This document shows, piece by piece, positions 60,101 through 64,000 of a stretch of 64,000 nt of DNA; the first letter of the stretch is position 1, and each line of letters starts with the position of its first letter. Source of the DNA: an uncultured Gammaproteobacteria bacterium (GTDB lineage: Bacteria > Cyanobacteriota > Vampirovibrionia > LMEP-6097 > CAYGPN01); NCBI GenBank assembly GCA_964352085.1, contig CAYGPN010000001.1, positions 243,426 through 307,425 of the forward strand. Direction: 5' to 3'. The translations under genes were made by a program, and so were the position numbers. The notes beneath the pieces were generated by a model. That model was not told where the DNA came from. It saw nothing but the letters and a program-made list of their open reading frames with translations, and ran no database searches.

Positions 60101-63100
60101 CCGGATTAGCTATAGATAATGAAGGTAATATATACTTCACAACTATTTTAGGACACAAAGTTCACAAAATTGACACAAGTGGAATTATCACCACAATAGC
60201 TGGAACAGGAACTAATGGTTTTAGTGGCGATGGTGGTCCAGCAACTCAAGCACAACTAAGTCAACCAGAGGATATTGCTTTTGGACCAGACGGAAGTCTA
60301 TACATCGCAGACAGGTTAAACCGCCGAATAAGAAAGATTGATTCTCAAGGTATCATAACTACATTTGCAGGGAATGGAAATATATTTTATAACGGCGAAG
60401 GGCGTAACGCTTTAGATACAGCTTTCTACTACGCTGAAGCTTTAGCTGTAGGAGACGATGGAAGCGTATATATCTACAGTGGTTTGAATTTTAGAATACA
60501 AAGAATTACTCCAAATGGTACCGTCTTTACTATTGCTGGCAATGGGGTCAATCAAGGAAGTTTAAATGAAGGAGGGCTTGCTACAGACGCGAATGTAGTT
60601 GGTGTATTCGATTTAGAAGTTGATTCAAATAATAACGTTTACTTTGCTACAGCACGTGATGACCTTATTAGAGTAGTTACCAACGATGGTTTTATTCATA
60701 CAATCGGCGGAACTGGCGATACTTCTAATACAAGCGCTGGCGGAGATGGAGGACCTGCTCTTCGAGCAGATATTAATGCACCCTATGGTATTGCATTATC
60801 ACAAGATGGAGGAATTATTGTCGGACAATTTGTTGGAGGATACATAAGAAAGATTGACTCTAGTCTTGGAGGTTTTACAGGCAGCGAAAGTATAATCCCA
60901 AGTGATTCGGGAGAGCTCTATTACAAGTTTGATAAAAATGGCAAGCACCTTTCCACTCACCATGCTCTTACCAACGCAATTGTTTATGAATTTGAATATG
61001 GTACTGATGGTTATCTAACTAAAGTTAAAGATGGAGATGGAAATGAAACTTTGATAGAACGTAATGGTCAAAATATCACAGCCATTATTTCACCTGACAG
61101 CTTACGCACTGAAGTTACATTAGATGCTAATGGATATATAGCATCTCTTAGCAATCCTGCTGGAGAAGCACATAACATTTCTTATACCAACGATGGCTTA
61201 ATGACATCCTTTGCTGATCCTAAAGGTAACCTTTCTACACTTAATTATGACGATAAAGGGCGCTTAACAAAAGACGAAAACGCTGCTGGTGGTTCTTGGA
61301 CATTAGCTAGAACTAAAAAAGACAAAGGTTACGATGTAACTATGACATCTGCTGAAGGTAGAGAGATTAAGCACAAAGTCAAAAGAAAAAGCAATGGTGA
61401 TTTAGAGCAAATAAACATTGGCAAAGATGGCAGAACTAATAACTCTAATGATGGTGAAAACGGCATAGACACGACCACCAAAGCTGATGGCACTACTATC
61501 ACACGTGAGATCACAGGAGACCCTAGATTCTTTATGCTTGCTCCTATTACTAAAAACTTAGAAATCGAGTTGCCAAGCGGTCTTAAGAATCAATCATCAG
61601 TATCAAGATCAGTTAATTTAAATGATCCTATTGATCCATTATCATTAACTCGCTTCACTGAAACTACCACCACTAACACTAGAACATTCACTAAAGCCTT
61701 TAATGCTAATTCTAAAACCTTCACCAACACTTCAGCTCTTGGTAGAACTATCACTGAAGTGATAAATGATCAAGGAAGAATTGTTAGCAGATCCACTCCA
61801 GGCTTAGCTGACACCGCATTTAGCTACGATGCAAGAGGAAGGTTAGAAACTATCACTAGAGGAAACGGGGCTAATGAAAGAGTTAGCACTCTATCATATG
61901 GACCTAATGGCTTTTTAAATCAAATCATTGATCCAGAAGGAAACACCACTAACTTTACTAGAGATCCTGTAGGGAGAGTGACTCGCGAAGAGCAGAGTGC
62001 TACTAATATTGTTGATTTTGTTTTTGATGCTAATGATAATTTAACTAGCATCACCCCTCCAGGAAAAACTGATCACAACTTTAGCTTCACTCCTGTTGAC
62101 CAAGTGTCAGTTTATGGACCACCTACTGCTAGTGGACTTAGTAACGCTAATACTAACTTTAGCTATAACCTTGATAAAGACTTAACTCAAGTAAGCAGAC
62201 CAGATGGTAAAAATATAGATCTAAGTTATAACAATAAAGGTCAATTAACTACTCTCACTATTCCTAGAGGTTCTTACACTTATGAGTATAAAGATATATC
62301 TCAGCAGCTAAAAAGCATTACAGCTCCTAATAGCGAAGTAGTGAAGTTTAAATACGATGGTTTCTTGCAGACCCAAGAAGACTGGGACGGTAGCATCGAT
62401 GCCGATGTTGATGTAATTTATGATAATAATTTCTTTGTCAGTTCAAGAGACGTTAATGACGCTAATCAAATTAATTTTACTTATGATGCTGATGGATTTA
62501 TCACTAGTGCTGGTGATTTAAATATAAACATCAGCAATCAGAACTCTCTTATACAAGGAACTAGCTTAGATAATATCTCTACAGCTATTTCATATAATGA
62601 ATTTGCTGAACCAACTAGCTACATTGCTAAAAACTCTGGCGCTGATATTTACAATGTCAGCTACAGCAGAGATAAGCTAGGAAGAGTCACACAGAAAGTT
62701 GAAACTATCTCAGGCACTACGACCACTTATGACTACAGTTATGATGCTGATAGAAGATTAAGCGAAGTAAAAGTAAATGGGCTAGTAGCTAGAACTTACA
62801 CTTATGATACTAACGGTAATAGACTTTCACTAAATAGCACTGCAGCTAGCTATGATGCTCAAGATAGATTGCTGAATTATGGGGCTAATAATTACAGTTA
62901 TAACGATGCGGGTGATTTAACTAATAAGTTTGATGGCAATCTAAATACTCAGTATAACTACGATGCTCTTGGCAATTTAGTAAACGTAACTTTACCTGAT
63001 GGTAGACAGCTTGACTATGTAATCGATGGCAAAAACAGACGAATCGGTAAAAAGATAGATGGCGTTTTAACTCAAGGCTTCGTTTACAAGGATCAACTTA

Positions 63101-63930
63101 ACCCAATAGCAGAGCTAGATACAGCAGGAAACCTCGTCTCCAGATTTATTTACGGAGTCAAGCCACATGTACCTGACTACATGATTAAAGCTGGCACGAA
63201 GTATAGAATCATCTCAGATAATGTCGGTTCCGTAAGATTAGTGCTGAACTCTTCCACTGGTTCTATAGCTCAGCGCATAGACTATGACGAGTTTGGAAAT
63301 ATCACTCAAGACACCAACCCAGGCTTCCAACCATTTGGCTTCGCTGGTGGTCTTTATGATAATGACACTAAGTTAGTTAGATTTGGTGCTCGTGATTATG
63401 ATGCAGAAATAGGAAGATGGACCGCTAAGGATCCGATATTGTTTAAAGGTGGGCAGAGCAATCTCTACGAATACTTAAATAACGACCCTTTAAATGCAGT
63501 TGATATTACAGGCTTAGCAAGATTTGGGAAAGGTCCATTAATTAATTTACCTGGTAATTTTGATATCTTCAATACGAACCCTCTTGATAATATATTGAAT
63601 ACAGAAATAGCTCACGAACAGTTATTTTATGATGATGACACAAATGTAGGATTCTTCCCAGAAAATCGTGGTTCTTTTATCGGTCCAGGTGATGTAAGCT
63701 CGTTAGAGGAGAGAAATATTGATCCTGCACCTTATAATAGATACGGTCCTCATTATGACGACGAGATAATTAAGCAAGCTGTTAAAAATGTTGGAGAAGG
63801 ACGCTATTGCTTGATAGGGTCAAACTGTCAGAACTGGGCTGATAAAGTCAGACATGAATATAACCGTATTAAGAATGGTAATGTTGATAATAGTAATAAT
63901 GGAAACAATGGAGGAGGTACATGTCCTTAA
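57127..63930 (+). CDS. Teneurin-like Rhs/YD-repeat protein with NHL propeller and C-terminal toxin-like domain
   Basis: Signal peptide; Ig-like repeats; GFSGDGGPA NHL repeats; YD repeats; FGARDYDAEIGRWTAKDPI...NDPLNAVDITG core end. Confidence 0.92.
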   Translation: MKKFICIVSSVLLLSNGFASAKLKDSSPPELISVVLPASINTLNDNSSLKLAIKASDKDTGLKRVELILTHQNFKKIKKKKSVRLIKKVRKKASSRIDDIETYDFDFKIPKKAEKGIWDLKLKLVNRAGTKKVLDKEALKTLNINSKIEIISNKDTLAPEIQELSFDNSISLSEGSAELALSIKAADFTDVQSVSARFLHKNKKLRKKSSGKTQSQQTNVTLNRENNVSEFLIKIPFDISKKLGDWLLSLKLIDSKGNKTTLSPKQLAKLELSNSLNVNNDPIIQEPPSTPPIEEPEEEEEENPGNNTGGNTGGGGTSGGGGAPAGGGGNTGGGSSGGGNTSPPLDPRDLSMPDSAITAPVISPGNSSPLDDLDFITGGANPIQTGITPGTIDETRATIVRGKIFDTSNNPVSNAVVKVHKHNEFGQTLTMANGEYNFVVNGGGGITVNVSAAGFLPIQRTVQVPVRDFLVMDTIVLTPLDNQMTAVNLNATGPKVVESSMSNDADGERQVKMLFTPGTQAEMVMPDGTKQPLTNLSVRATEFTVGADGPMAMPGTLPATSAYTYAVELSVDEAMAAGATTVNFNKAVPFYVDNYLNFPVGEAVPTGYYDREKAAWVASDNGRIIQILNIVNGKAEIDIDGSGTAASDADLLALGVDAMEQTKLADLYTVGKSIWRVPVTHFTPYDCNWPYTPPPDSAPPPPNPPDIDDENNPPNPCIQSGSIIECQTQTLGESLEIAGTPFTLEYRSNRVKGRKTGRRVRIPLSEATIPASLQRIDLEIIVAGRKIVKEFAPAPDLEFIYEWDGMDAFGREVIGSMPATITISYLYNPFYVGAANFQRAFAEFGEIIANNVRVIGNRVTNQIRLEKIYKKALTNNALEKKLGLGGWSLSEHHTYDRTSKTLFLGTGEIRSGQTSGNFINTVPGGSLRNSNFPFDNIDDVEVDNKGNIYFTSTAGKIFKLGTDGVVTRIAGDRNGSNLDGIPAIDARLALPSGLAIDNEGNIYFTTILGHKVHKIDTSGIITTIAGTGTNGFSGDGGPATQAQLSQPEDIAFGPDGSLYIADRLNRRIRKIDSQGIITTFAGNGNIFYNGEGRNALDTAFYYAEALAVGDDGSVYIYSGLNFRIQRITPNGTVFTIAGNGVNQGSLNEGGLATDANVVGVFDLEVDSNNNVYFATARDDLIRVVTNDGFIHTIGGTGDTSNTSAGGDGGPALRADINAPYGIALSQDGGIIVGQFVGGYIRKIDSSLGGFTGSESIIPSDSGELYYKFDKNGKHLSTHHALTNAIVYEFEYGTDGYLTKVKDGDGNETLIERNGQNITAIISPDSLRTEVTLDANGYIASLSNPAGEAHNISYTNDGLMTSFADPKGNLSTLNYDDKGRLTKDENAAGGSWTLARTKKDKGYDVTMTSAEGREIKHKVKRKSNGDLEQINIGKDGRTNNSNDGENGIDTTTKADGTTITREITGDPRFFMLAPITKNLEIELPSGLKNQSSVSRSVNLNDPIDPLSLTRFTETTTTNTRTFTKAFNANSKTFTNTSALGRTITEVINDQGRIVSRSTPGLADTAFSYDARGRLETITRGNGANERVSTLSYGPNGFLNQIIDPEGNTTNFTRDPVGRVTREEQSATNIVDFVFDANDNLTSITPPGKTDHNFSFTPVDQVSVYGPPTASGLSNANTNFSYNLDKDLTQVSRPDGKNIDLSYNNKGQLTTLTIPRGSYTYEYKDISQQLKSITAPNSEVVKFKYDGFLQTQEDWDGSIDADVDVIYDNNFFVSSRDVNDANQINFTYDADGFITSAGDLNINISNQNSLIQGTSLDNISTAISYNEFAEPTSYIAKNSGADIYNVSYSRDKLGRVTQKVETISGTTTTYDYSYDADRRLSEVKVNGLVARTYTYDTNGNRLSLNSTAASYDAQDRLLNYGANNYSYNDAGDLTNKFDGNLNTQYNYDALGNLVNVTLPDGRQLDYVIDGKNRRIGKKIDGVLTQGFVYKDQLNPIAELDTAGNLVSRFIYGVKPHVPDYMIKAGTKYRIISDNVGSVRLVLNSSTGSIAQRIDYDEFGNITQDTNPGFQPFGFAGGLYDNDTKLVRFGARDYDAEIGRWTAKDPILFKGGQSNLYEYLNNDPLNAVDITGLARFGKGPLINLPGNFDIFNTNPLDNILNTEIAHEQLFYDDDTNVGFFPENRGSFIGPGDVSSLEERNIDPAPYNRYGPHYDDEIIKQAVKNVGEGRYCLIGSNCQNWADKVRHEYNRIKNGNVDNSNNGNNGGGTCP

Positions 63931-64000
63931 TCAACCAAGCCAGATTACTGTTAATATCAGCAGCATTGCTAGCACTTAGCAGTTGCCATTTACTAAGGCA
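63921..64000 (+). CDS. Start of a lipoprotein, candidate immunity protein (truncated by the window edge)
   Basis: GGAGG SD; MSLINQARLLLISAALLALSSC lipobox; overlaps the Rhs stop codon. Confidence 0.7.
   Translation, partial: MSLINQARLLLISAALLALSSCHLLR

Overview
AT-rich bacterial chromosome segment, mostly housekeeping genes scattered out of their usual operons (maf, hisH, carB, engB, GMP reductase, ilvN, rpiB, atpE/b'/atpF/atpH, atpC, efp-accB-rnc-argB, murG, trpC, cysDN, thrS, sdhC) plus the SRP RNA. The efp-accB adjacency, the distinct b and b' subunits and the absence of photosynthesis genes in this window suggest a non-photosynthetic cyanobacterial relative (Melainabacteria/Vampirovibrionia-like; inference only). 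Main oddities: (1) an unannotated 24-aa leaderless ORF followed by about 580 nt of nested long hairpins (52841-53529); (2) a flagellum-derived fliE-fliF-truncated fliG-extended fliH module with no adjacent fliI, near a pair of paralogous ~90-aa helical proteins with a candidate shared regulatory box; (3) two secreted fibre-like proteins with a shared N-terminal domain and phage-like modules; (4) a teneurin-like NHL/YD/Rhs toxin with a papain-like C-terminus and a lipoprotein immunity candidate; (5) a dispersed palindromic GTCATTGCGAG repeat family, one copy translated inside a U32 protein; (6) many apparently leaderless or very short-leader genes. All calls come from motif recognition by eye; no searches were run.
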